Shown here piece after piece: positions 12,601-25,345 of a stretch of 64,000 nucleotides of DNA. The notes under the pieces were generated by a model. The model made no database searches. It was given only the letters and a program-made list of their open reading frames with translations, and was not told the origin of the DNA. Source of the DNA: Eledone cirrhosa (lineage: Eukaryota); assembly GCA_964016885.1 (NCBI GenBank), contig OZ024743.1, forward strand, positions 167,896,001 to 167,960,000, written 5' to 3'. The position numbers and the translations under genes were made by a program. The first letter of the stretch is position 1; each line of letters begins with the position of its first letter.

Positions 12601-15220
12601 ATGCGAAACACGAAGGTTGTATTGTCAGAGCTAAGGCGCGTGCTCTGAGAAACCAGGGAACCAAAGCTGTTCGATGGGCCCGCGTGGCAGAGGCGCAGCG
12701 TGGTAATAAAACAAGGATTCGGTCTTTGACGGACCGAGACAGGCACGAGCTGAGCGATTCCAGGAGGATGTGTGAGGCCTTTCGCCAACATTTTGCTCAG
12801 TTGTTCGGGGGAAGTGGCGGGTCAGAGATGGTGGCGGACTTCAGTCCCTACCTCGATGTCCGCAACTCTCGACGGCTGACGCTGGGCGCTGCGAAAGGCC
12901 AATTACTTCTGCCGAGATTCAGGATGCCCTTGTTGGCTGCATGAGGCGCAAGTCATCCGGTTTGGATGGTCTGCCCTACGAACTTTCCGTAAATATTCCA
13001 GACTTGTTCTCCAATCTCCTCGAAGCCCTCTACTGCAACTGGCAGCAAAAGGGGAATATTCTCAGTTCTGTGAGCCGGGGCGTAGTGACGCTGATAAGGA
13101 AAGACGAGAACAAGAGGAACACATTAGACAATTTCTGGCCCATAACTCTGCTCAACACAGAGTTTAAGATTTTGGCTAGGGTGTTAGTGAAGAGGTTGGC
13201 GCTTGTCGTCGGGGATTTGGTTGGGGATGCGCAAACTCTCAAAATCTGAACCAGGTCCATACACGACAACTTCCACCTAATGCGGTACATCATAGAAAGG
13301 GTAGGATGTAAACCTGGCTTCGGTGGGACTCTGATCAATTTAGATCAATCGAAAGCATTCGATAGGGTCGACCATCGGTACCTGGAGGCTGTCCTCAAGG
13401 CGGCTGGCTTCGGCTCCGTCTTCAGAAGCTGGATCGCTGCAATGCACAGCGGTCAAAATTAATGCCCACTTCTCGGAACCGTTTCAGGTCTCCCGATCGG
13501 TCCGTCAAGGGTGCCCTCTCTCCTCCCTTCTGTATGTATTGACTCTCGAGCCTTTACTGCTGAAGCTGGAGCTGTTGCAGAGCATTCCGCTCGAACCGGG
13601 ACTCGGAAAGGCTGTGTCGGCTTATGCGGACGACATCACTCTGATGGTCTCGGACACCTCAGAAATCGAGGTGGTCGGCAACTTATTGGAGGAATATGAA
13701 AGGTTGACGGGAGCAAAACTTAACCCGGAAAAGTCAGTGGGCTTGCAACACGGCACCTGGGGAGGCAAGTCCATGCCGTCCAACAGCATCGTTAGGCGCT
13801 GGACGGACGGGCGGTAAAGTTGCTAGGGGTTTGGTTCGGGCCAGACCTCCAGGTGGATAAGAATTAGGACGAGGTGACGGGCAGGGTAGTCAGTCTCACT
13901 CAGAAATGGGCTGGGATGAAGCTATCACTGAAAGGTCGGGCGGAGGTGGCGAACGCGTACATCGCGTCCGTCATCTTCTACCGTCTGACAGTCGTCCCTT
14001 GCCCCCGTTCGCGCCTCGCCATCTTGGAGAGGCTCCTCTTCAAATTCTTGTAGAGGTGTCTGGTTCCGCTGGTGAGGCGGTCTATCTGCTGCTAGCACCC
14101 TCTACGTGGAGGACTGTGCATGCCGTGGCTAATGATGCGCAGGCACGCGCTGAGGCTGCGGTATGAACAGGTGTGGTCGCCGTTTGTCAGACGGGCCTTT
14201 CCGCAGCTCGTTTCTTTGACTGAGTTGCAGTCCTGGGTCAAGAAGAGACCGAGACTGGCACTGGAATGTTGCCAGGCACTCACTGCTCTCTACCAGGCGG
14301 GCAATGCGGTCAGTGGAACTGCCACTCTCGAGTTCTATAGAGGATTAGTGGTGGGCAAGTGTGACGACGCACTCGGAGAGGCTCTGGGAGTCAACGAAGT
14401 CGAACTAACCAGTCTGTACCGGAGGACTTTCGAGCCGGGGACGATGGATAATTTCCAAAAATCCCTCGCTTGGCAGTGCTACCGGGGGCATTGCCGGTTC
14501 GAGATAAACTTTACAGGCACGGAAGTGCTGTCAGACGGACCTGCCCGAGATGCGTGCAAAGCGACGAAACCGTTCTGTGTCCGTGCATTACTGACTTGTG
14601 GAGTTATGTTGAACAGCTGTTGTCGCGTGTAGAACGGATCCGGCTATCTGCCGAGTCCATAGTGAAGATCGACCCGCCGCCTTCTTTTGGCCAGGAAGGG
14701 CAGGCAATTTTCCTCTGTCTGGTGGCAGTAGCGAAAGAGGTTGTATGGTGGACGAGGTTGAAAGGACTGAAGACAGACACTTTTCTCTTCGGCCAATCCT
14801 TCATCAACTTTTTCAAGTTTCACTTGGAAAGGAAGGTGAGGGTGGAGAGAGAAGTGCTTCCCCCCAGAACATTTGCTGAAAGGTGGGTGAATGTGGCGAG
14901 AATGGCCTGTGTGAGTGGGCCTACTCTGGTCATGCGGCTGTAGGTAGGTAAATTTGAAGAGGAGAGGGGTGCCCTTCCAGGGTGCTCTCGAAGCGTCGGG
15001 TCGTTCAGGACTGGTGGGGTACCTGAGCGAACCGTAGGTGGTCATCCCCCCTATTGGGGAATTTTTTCTTGTAATTTTATTGTTACTTTATTGTTACTTT
15101 GTTATTGTTACTTTGTTATTGTTATTCATATTGTTTACTCGATTTTTCTGTAAAACCCCACTGTCCCAGTCTTTTGTATTGTCCCCTATATGTCGGCCCT
15201 TGTGGCCAATAAATGAAATC
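9606..15220 (+). mobile_element. Tx1-group retrotransposon, family A, full-length degenerate copy
   Basis: ~205 nt leader. ORF1 starts at ATG 9811 (Asn/Thr-rich N-terminus, CFVC..KTHSRAFC knuckle across a frameshift). ORF2 starts at ATG 11807 with APE (ETR, VYAP, GDWN, SYIDRI) and RT (SGLDGLP, PITLLN, KAFDRV, YADD). Many stops. Tail followed by (ATT)n. Confidence 0.9.
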
Positions 15221-15234
15221 ATTATTATTATTAT

Positions 15235-18200
15235 GGAAGTATACACGTCGCAGGAATATTGTTCCCGTAAGCTTGTGATTTTTGAACAGTTTTTATTGCG
15301 AACTTAATGTAAAAATCATATTGTCTTGTGTTGAAACACACCCCATTTCTTTTGAAGTTGTCGAAAATAATCGGTATTTAACCCTTCGGGGCTAAATCCC
15401 AATTTGAACTTTGCATCTAGCAAACAGAAATCTCGCAAAAAGAAAAATGGCGTCATTCAAAAAATCCATTTCCATGCCGTGTATTCACTCAAAAATTACT
15501 CTTTCAGCAAGATATCCTCCTCAACCTTTTTTTTTTCGTCCAGCTGTCAGAGTGGAGTCTCGCTTTCCTTTTCGTCTTCTTCACCGTCCTATAGTCAAGG
15601 GAATGCCGCCACTCCCCTCTCTCTCCTCCATCAAGCAGCAGTCGTGAAGTGGCTACTACTGATACATTTGATACATTTGAAATCAAAGGAACTAGCAACA
15701 GTCAGAATGGAGTCTCGCTTTCCTTTTCCTCTTCTTCACCAAATAGCAAAAGTCAGACGAATTCCACTCTTTCCTCTTCACCCAACGGCAATCTTGAAGC
15801 GGCTGCTGCTGACACATTTAACAACAAGGGAGATAGCAGCAGCAACGGCAGTATTAAAAATAACACCTGTGGTAGCGGTAGTGGCGGCAGGAGCAGCAAC
15901 ACCAACAACACTGTTTGTAGCTGTGACAACAACAACAACAGCACCGGCATCACCAACAACAAGACCAGTAGCAGCAGTAGCGGTGGCAACAATGACGCCC
16001 CTGAAAAAGCGACCACCTCTTTTGCAAAAATAACTCGCAACGTAGAAACATTCATGATCATAGAGGAGGAGATGGCGGTCGCAAGACACATGGTAACCAG
16101 AACTAAATTTTCAGTGTCCTTGAAACCACCAACCGACTTCCTGGAGGAACAAGAGCGACGCCCAGTGTCGTACCGCACGATTGCCACGAAATTGCATCGT
16201 GTGGAGAAAGCCTCGGAGGCCGAAATCCAGAAGGCCTTGGGAACTGTGTGGGCATGGAAAACCCACATCACCCGTGGCAAGAAATATGCTACTGTGGACG
16301 TCCTTTTTGCTACCACCTAGGAAGCAAAATCGCACTCACTGAGGACCCTACGGAGTGATGACATAACCTTAGTCCCGTTTTATTGCGGGAAAAAAATTGC
16401 AAATGTCAGGGTAACACAGGTCCCGCCCTACGTACCCGTGCCTTGGTTGGTCGTGTCTGTTCTTGGTACAGAAGTTGGGGGGAGAGGACTGGTCCGGTAT
16501 TGGAATGGAGATGCTCATCCAAACCGACCAGGACTGCATCAGCGCTATTCCCGACGTAATAGACATCGGGAATGGCTCCCAACTTCCCATATCTGTTGAA
16601 GGAAGGCGCCCAAAATGCTTCAACTGTGGATCAAAGTCTAACCTCAGGGCTTTCTGCCCACAGAAAATAACAAAGACCAAGGTCACCCTCCTTCCAACGC
16701 CAGAACCGCTGCCATCAGAAACAGAGCAGTCAGCGAAAAAGTTGGGATCTTCTACAGAGAATAAGAAGACAACGTCCGTAAAACCCACACCAAAGCCACG
16801 GACATCAAAACAGCGACGGTAGCTGCAGCAACAGAAACAGTTGCACTAGCTGCACCTGTGCCAGGAGCGGCAAACCAGGCTCCACCACCACCACCACAAA
16901 CAACAACAACAAAGACAAATGAGAGGGTAGAACTCATAGCCCTCTCCGACCTCTCACAGTCGGACATGGAGTATGAGGCGGCTGAGGAGTGGAAAACGGT
17001 TGTTAACTAAAAAAACAAAACAAACGAAAAAACACCAGCATCACCAAAAACACCAACATCGCAAACACAACAAAGCACACATACCCAACAGCAACAACAA
17101 GAAACCCCCCCCCCCCCCCAAAAAAAATACACAGCCATAAACATTGCACACCAAGGACTAATGGAACACATAAAACACCACACCGATATTTCAGACGTAA
17201 ATTACTACACACCACCAACACCAAGAACATTGCCAAAAAACATTAATATTGTAGAAATTGAACTCGAAAACTACAAACAATTAAAACAAAAAATCCCCAA
17301 AGTAGTTGGGGATTTCGGGGGGTCACTCCCCAAAAGAATCTACAAAGATATCGTTTTGGAAACACCCATGACCAGCCGAGGGGACGGTTCTACTGTCCCT
17401 TCCCCACACGATCAAGGTAAGTGACCCTTTCTCACTTGCCTCGTTCCTCATCCAACATGGCCTTACTTAGGCAGCATAAATGCACGTGGCCTGCATCTTG
17501 GAAGCTGAGTCACCTGCTCAACGACCTCAGGTCACTAAACATAGATGTGGTGGCCATCAGCGAGACCAGAATCTCCGAAGCACGAGCCTTTGCACCGATC
17601 TTCGGCGGCTACGATGTATACGCATCTCCCAGCCATCCTGGATCGGGGGGCGGAGTTGCTGTGCTTTTTCGGACAGGCTTGGATCTCGCCATACCGGCCA
17701 TCTTCCTGGACCCAGAAAGTAAGTCGGTGGTGTTGGACGTGACTGTCAGCGAAGGCAATGATTTCAGGCTAGTAGCCATCTACGCCCCAACAGGGGCAGG
17801 ATGGCCAGATTTCTTCAGACGTCTAGAGAACTTTCTTGGCGCGACTGGAACGGAATCTTAGATGCACGCTGGGATTATGTGGAGGATGTAAAATCCTTAA
17901 CAACCTGCTCAGATGTTTTGAAATGTCTGACAGGTATAGACTGGATTATCCGAATGTACCAATGTGGACATTGGCAAACCTTATCGGGTCATCCAGATCG
18001 TATTTAGATAGGGTATTCTGTAGGGAAACAGATAAGGCTAGTGTAAGTTGTCCACTATTTAAAGTAGTCGACTACACGGCCCAAAAATTCATTACCTGTG
18101 AGGTTGACTTAGATAGACTCCATAGGCAAGGACCCGGTTACTGGAAGCTGAACGCGTCGTTCCTGGCGCGCAAAGCTTACAGAAACCGGATTAGCTAACT

Positions 18201-20688
18201 AGTTAAGCGTGCGTTGACGGGGCGATCGTCAAAAACAGGTGGTGGTTTACCCTGAAAAGGGCTATTAGAGTATAATCGAGAAAGTTTAGCAAAGGAGTAG
18301 TGATAGAGGAAAATAGAGTAGAGCGAGAGCTAATTAGAAAACTAGAAGAGGCGTTTAGGATAGGCATCGCAACCGACGTGCTTGCGGCGAGATTGCCACT
18401 CGACCATTTCTTCAACGCACAGCACGAGGGATGCGTTGTCAGAGCTAAAGCGCGTGCTCTGAGATACAAGGGGACGAAAGCTATTCAATGGGCCCGAGTG
18501 CTGGAGGCGCGACGTCGCAAAAATCCACAATACGGTCTTTGCCTGATCAAAACGGGCGCATATTCCTCGAACACGAGCAGATGTGTGCGGCTTTTCAACA
18601 GCACTTGGCTCGATTGTTCGTGGCAGCGGCGGACAGGATCAGAGTATGGACTGCGGTTCATATCCTGACGGACTGCTGCGGTTCTCAGTGACAACAGCGC
18701 AGTGCTGCGAAAGGCCGATAACAGCAGGTGAAATACGGGAAGCGATGTCTATCTGCACGAGGGGTAAATCGCCAGGTCTGGATGTTCTACCCTACGAGCT
18801 TTATGCATACATGCCAGACTTGTTCGGCGACCTCTTGGCAGATGTCTACTGTAATTGGCAGCAAAACGGGAGCATTCCCAGTTTTGTGAGCCGGGGAGCG
18901 GTGGGGCTGCTGAGAAAAAACCCGAACAAAGGGGTCGTTATAGACAACTTCAGGCCCATAACCCTGCTAAACACAGAGTTCAAGATTTTGGTCAAGGTGT
19001 TAGCAAAGAGATTGGCGCTTGTCGACGGTGATCTGGTGGGAGAGGCGCAGACATGCGCCATCCCGGAGAGATCCATCCAAGACAACCTCTATCTCATACG
19101 ATACATCATAGAGAGGGTGGTTAATGAACCTAGCACGGCTGGGGCCCTGATCAACTTGGATCAATCTAAAGAATTTGATAGGGTCTACCATCGGTACCTG
19201 GCTGCGGCTCTCGAGGCGGCCGGCTTCGGGCCCGTTTTTAGAGGCTGGACCGCTGCGATGGACAGCGACATCTGCTCGATTGGGAGGGAGAAGGGTGACC
19301 TGTCGCAGCCTTTCAGCATCATGCGTTCGGTCCGACAGGGTTGCCTTCTCTCGTCCCTCTTGTACGTACTGGCCCTCGAGCCGTTACCTCACAAATTGGA
19401 GACGATGAGACTGTCTCTGAAAGGTCGGGAGGAGGTGGCGAATGCGTACATAGTGTCCGTCATCTGCTAGCTCCTGACCGTCGTACATTGCTCCCGCCCA
19501 ACTCTGACCAAAATGGAACGCTTTCTCTTCCGCTTTTTGTGCAAGGGACGTGCTCCCATGGTCAGACGATCCATTTGCTGTTAACACCCGCTGCGTGGAG
19601 GAATAGGCATGCTGTGGCTGATGATGCGCAAACATGCGCTGAGGCTGCGAGATCTCTGGTGCTTCCTTGACAGTGAACAGGTGTTGTCGCCGTTTGCCAG
19701 ACGCGCTTTTCCCCCGCTTGTCTCCTTGCGGAGCTGCAGTCCTGGATCAGGAAAAGACTGAGAGTTAGCGCTTGGAAGCTGGAATGTCTCCAAGTGTTCA
19801 CCGCCATCTACCAGCTGGGCACTAGTCTCGGTGGAACATCCACCTCGGCGTTCTATAGAGCAATAATGGACGGGATGAGTGACGACGTTCTCGGGGAAAC
19901 CCTGGGCGTATGGACAACATCCGGAAATCCCTGCCCTAGCAGTGCTACGGGGGAGCGTTGCCGGTTCGAGATAAGCTCTACAGGCCCGGAGGTGCTGTCA
20001 GCCGAGCCTGTCCGAGATGCGCGCAGGGCGACGAAACCATTGTGCACGCACTAGTTCAGTGTCCGAGCATTGCTGACTTGTGGAGCTATGTCGAACATTT
20101 GCTGTCACGTGTAGGACGGATTCCGTTATCGACTGAGTCCATTGTGCAGATAGCGCCGCCGTCCGCCTTTAAGGAGGAAGAAGGGCAGGCAGCTTTGATC
20201 TGTGGCCACGGCGAAAGAGATTGTGTGGTGGACAAGGTTGAAAGTGTTGAAGATGGACACTTTCCTCATCGGCCAATCCCTGATTAACTTTTTCAACTTT
20301 CACTTGAAGAAGAAAATCAGGGTGGAGAGGCAAGTGCTGTCGTCTAGTAAGTTTGTTGAAAGGTGGGTGAAAGTGGCGAGTCTGGTCCGAGTGAACGGGC
20401 CCGCTCTGAGTATGCGCCTGTAGACTGAGGAGTGGAAACACTTAGAGAGGGCGCTTGCCCTGGTGGTCAGGGTGGCCGTGGCCCTTTTAGTGTGGTTTTC
20501 GCCACGAGTGACCCTCGGATGTTTCCCCCTATTTGGGGAATTTATGTTGTTTGAATTTTTTTGATTTCTAGACCAATTTTGTTACAACCTGTTTACACGA
20601 CCAAAACCCACTTTGTATCGCCCTGTACTGTTCTGTGCCGTCTCTAATGTATTTCTTCGTGTTAGCCCTTGTGGCCAATAAAGAAACC
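15235..20688 (+). mobile_element. Tx1-group retrotransposon, family B, full-length degenerate copy with internal deletion of the YADD region (~19405)
   Basis: ORF1 starts at ATG ~15447 (Ser/Asn-rich, CFNCGSKSNLRAFC). ORF2 starts at ATG 17457 with APE and RT motifs. The 3' UTR matches the copy at 1-2080; (ATT)n on both sides. Confidence 0.9.
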
Positions 20689-20730
20689 ATTATTATTATT
20701 ATTATTAGTAGTAGTAGTATTATTATTATT

Positions 20731-20914
20731 GGTGGATTGGCAGTATCGGTAGAGGGTCATACGTCATGCTTTGCAGCATAGAGTTACGGCCCTTTACGGT
20801 CTGAGTTCAAATCCCGCCGAGGTTAACTTTGCCTTTCATCCTTACGAGGTCGATAAAATAAAGTACCAGTAATGCACTGGGATAATTGATGGCCTTGTTC
20901 CAAAAGTAGAAACA
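20731..20914 (+). mobile_element. tRNA-derived SINE (central domain resembles the Meta-SINE type)
   Basis: A box TGGCAGTATCGGT, B box GAGTTCAAATCCC, core ACTTTGCCTTTCATCCTTACGAGGTCGATAAAATAAAGTACC, then tail and (ATT)n. Confidence 0.88.
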
Positions 20915-20931
20915 ATTATTATTCTTATTAA

Positions 20932-23900
20932 TGGTCTGTTCGGAGGCTTTTTCTGTAAGGGATATAAGCCCTTGGACTTTGCCCTTGTGAAGGGGAAAGT
21001 ATAATAATTTTGGCCTTTTGTCCCAAATATTTGAACTTTTTTACATTTAAAAAGATTATCGAAAAAAACAAAAAAAAACATGGCTGAACCACGCCCCCAG
21101 TGATATGTCTGCTGTCGTGTGACAACGGCGTAAAAGTTGAGCGGAGAGTTACGGCAAAATTTACAGAAATTGATACAACAAACACCACCACAAACAACGT
21201 GAACAAAGACAGCAATGTCAACAACACTGAGAACTCTAATTTTGAAAAAAATGACAGTAACAGCGACAACCAAAATACAGATAACAGAAAAAATGACAAA
21301 TGCAACAACAATATCAACACCACTAACATGAAAACAAATAGCGACAACATCAACGGCAACAATACCAACTGCACCGAGAACAACAACACCGGCGGCACCA
21401 AAGATATAGCCAAATGCAACAGTGACAACAATAACAACACCAACAAGAACAACGACAACAACAACAACAACAACAACACCACTAACGACAACAAGAACAC
21501 TTTCGCTACGGCAGCAGCAAAAAAGAGGCCATGCTTCAGCATGGACCTCTCAAACAAAGATGAAAAGTTGGCCCAGGCCTGGAAGCTCATCAAGCAAGAG
21601 CAAACCTGGGCCAACTTAACTGTCCCGGTAGAAGCTATTGAGGCAGTGGAGCGCAGAACGGTGCATTATAGATGCATCTCAGCACAAATCAAAAGAGCAG
21701 CTTTAATTCCACAAGCAGATGTCGAAGTCGCGCTGAGGTGCATCAGGGATGACACCGAATGCATAACGAGGGGCAGACAATACGGCACCATTTCGGTGCT
21801 GTTTAAGTCAGAAGTCCTCGCTATGAAACATGCTATGACACCTTGAAAAACCAGCAAGGTCATAATGGGAAAAAGAACGTCACGTCTCGGCATTCCCAGA
21901 ATCCCACCAGGACTTGACATGTGGTGGCTTCTGGGATGTGTGATTGTCGAGGGGACGGATACCGTCTCTATAGAAGTAACAAGAACTGCCAGAGAGGACT
22001 GGTTCTGGGTTGACGTGGAGATCCTTATCCAGATCAGGCTGTAGAATGTCAAAACAATACCGGACCACATCCGTATTCAGAATGGGATGGTCATTCACAT
22101 TATGACCGAGGGACAAAACGCCGCATTGTTTTGTTTGTGGTGAAAAAACCCATTTGCGAGCCTTCTGCCCTCAACTGCTGAAAGATGCAAGGAGTCGAAG
22201 GGCTCCACTGCTGCCGACGCCGGGCGAGGACCACAACCAACACCAACACCAACACCGATAAAACCACCAGCAACATCACCAATAGAAAGACCACCACCAA
22301 CATTGACCACCCAAGGGGGAAACGAGGAAAGTTGTCAAATCCCCCCCCCCCCCCCAAATACTCACATCAATAAAAATATATATACACTCACAGACACAAA
22401 CACACTTACAGACACAGACCCCTCATCTACCAGTAGTGAAGATGAGGGAAAACCCAAATCCCCCAAAATACAAAAAAGGAAACACAAAAAGAAAAAAAAA
22501 CTCAACAAAGCACAAAAACACCCATGATAAAACATACAGACACCACCCACGCAAAGATCTCCCCAACGACACCAACATCACACCACCGTCACCATCACCC
22601 CCCAAACGCAAACAACCTAAACAGACGCAAGAACAAATACACACACAAACATCTGAAACCACAGACACCGCACTCACAACAAACACAGACACAACCGAAA
22701 CAACACCATCAAAACCATCACCACCACAGACACGCAAACAAATAAAATCACACCAACAAAACATACGAAACTTCGTGCTCGTCAGGAGGGCCAACAAGGA
22801 ACTGATGGCCCTCGTAGCACGAAGTGAAGAAATACAAAATAAGGGGGACATTTTTAAATCGAGCAAATTTCGCGTGCCGGAAGATTTGTTTCTGGTGCGA
22901 ATGTCGCTCTATTTATACAAAGAGATACGAGGCAGCTTTCCTCAGGACGTGGGAACACCGAACGCAAAACCCACTTCAAGACTTTTAAAGGGGTTCCCAA
23001 AAGAAACCCCACCAACTATTGGGGTCGAATCACCCGACCTTCACAAGAGCCCGGAAGGTAAGTAAACCTTTCCTCTCTCTCTTTTAGCCTGCCAGCATCG
23101 CCGTATTAAGAGTAGGAAGTTTAAATGCTCGAGGCCTGAGATCATCCTGGAAGCAGGGTTACCTGTTCAACGACCTCAGGTCTCTAGAAATGGATGTAAT
23201 GGCCGTCAGCGAGACTAGGATTTCCGACACGCGCGCACTAGCCCCTATTTTCGACGACTATCAGATCTTTGCATCTGTTAGTCGGCCGGAAATGGGAGGT
23301 TGGGTGGCAGTGCTGTTTAGGAAAGTCCTGTGTCTCGAGGTAAGGTCAATATTCCGGGAACCGGACGGTAAGTTGGTGGTCCTGGACATGAACAATAACG
23401 AAGGTGGTGCCTTTAGACAGGTGGCCGTCTATACCCCACCTGGGGCACGATGGCCGGACATCTTTAGATGCCTGGAAGCCTTTCTGGGTACGTCTCGCCT
23501 TTTACATTTAGCGGGGGACTGGAACAGCATCTTAGACGCACGCTGGGACTGTGTGGGAGTATCCGATAGGAGCGGGAGTTGCAAAAGATACCGACAGATA
23601 CCGACTAGATTTCCATAATGCGCCAGTGTGGACCTGGACTAACCGCATAGGGTCATCTAAATCGTATATAGACAGGATATTCATTATGAAAATAGACAGA
23701 AATAGTGTAAGCTGTCCACGTTTCAAAACGGTCGCCTATTCAGTTCACAAGTTTGTGATCTGTGAGAAACGAGGGAACCAAAGCTGTTCGATGGGCCCGC
23801 GTGGCAGAGGCGGAGCGTGGTTATAAAACCACAATTCGGTCTTTGACGGACTGAGACGAACACGAGCTGAGCGATTCCTGGCAGATGTGTGAGGCCTTGG

Positions 23901-25311
23901 GCCAGCATTTTGCTCGGTTGTGCGGGGGAAGTGGCGCGTGATAGACGGTAGCTGACTTCAGTCCCTACCTCGATGGCTTGCCGCAATCTCGACGGCCGAC
24001 GGACGCTGAGCGCTGAGAAGGGCCGATAACTTCAGCCGAGATTCAGGATGCCCTCGTCGGCTGCATGAGGCGCAAGTCACCCGGTTTGGATGGTCTGCCC
24101 TACGAGCTTTACGTAAATATGCCAGACTTGTTCTCCAATCTCCTCGAAGCCCTCTACTGCAACTGGCAGCAGAACGGGAGTATTCCCAGTTCTGTGAGCC
24201 GGGGCGTAGTGACGCTGATAAGGAAAGACGAGAACAAGAGGGACACATTAGACAATTTCAGGCCCATAACTCTGCTCAACACAGAGTTTAAGATTTTTGC
24301 CAAGGTGTTAGCGAAGAGGTTGGCGCTTGTCGTCGGGGATTTGGTTGGGGATGCGCAAACTCTCAAAATCTGAACCAGGTCCATACACGACAACTTCCAC
24401 CTAATGCGGTACATCATAGAAAGGGTAGGATGTAAACCTGGCTTCGGTGGGACTCTGATCAATTTAGATCAATCGAAAGCATTCGATAGGGTCGACCATC
24501 GGTACCTGGAGGCTGTCCTCAAGGCGGCTGGCTTCGGCTCCGTCTTCAGAAACTGGATCGCTGCAATGCACAGCGGCACCTGCTCGGTGGTCAAGGTTAA
24601 TAGCCACCCCTCGGAACCGTTTCAGATCTCACGATCGGTCCGTCAAAGGTGTCCTCTCTCCTCCCTTCTGTACGTATTGACTCTGGGGCCTTTACTGCGG
24701 AAGCTGGAGCTGTTTCAGGGCATCCCGCTCGAACCAGGACGCGGAAAGGCTGTGTTGGCTTATGCGGACGACATCATGATGGTGTCGGATGGTGATGGTG
24801 TCGGACACCTCACAAATCGAGGTAGTCGGCAACTTATTGGAGAAATATGAAAGGTTGACGGGAGCAAAACTTAACCCGGAAAAGTCGTTGGGCTTGCAAC
24901 TCGGCACCATGTCGTCAAATAGCGTCGTTGAGGGTGGAGAGAGAAGTGCTGCCCCCCAGTACATTTGCTGAAAGGTGGGTGAATGTGGCGAGAATGGCCA
25001 TTGTGAGTGGGCCTACTCTGGTCATGCGGCTGTAGGTAGATAAATTTGAGGAGGAGAGGGGTGCCCTTCCAGGGTGCTCTCGAAGCGACGGGTCGTTCAG
25101 GACTGGTGGGGTACCTGAGCGAACCGTAGGTGGTCATCCTCCCTATTGGGGAATTTTTTCTTGTAATTTTCTTGTTACTTTATTGTTACTTTGTTATTGT
25201 TACTTCGTTATTGTTATTCATATTGTTTACTCGATTTTTCTGTAAAACCCGACTGTCCCAGTCTTTTGTATTTTGTCCCCTATATGTTGGCCCTTGTGGC
25301 CAATAAATGAA
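20932..25311 (+). mobile_element. Tx1 family A, second copy with large internal ORF2 deletions (~23765, ~24930)
   Basis: Colinear with 9606-15220. ORF1 N-terminus open at 21080-21846; ORF2 start mutated to ATC at 23097; same 3' UTR. Confidence 0.9.
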
Positions 25312-25345
25312 ATAATAATAATAATAATAATTATTATTATTATTA

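Noticed and set aside
20731-20820. tRNA gene
   Set aside because: A and B boxes are too far apart, there is no cloverleaf, and the sequence continues into SINE core and tail.
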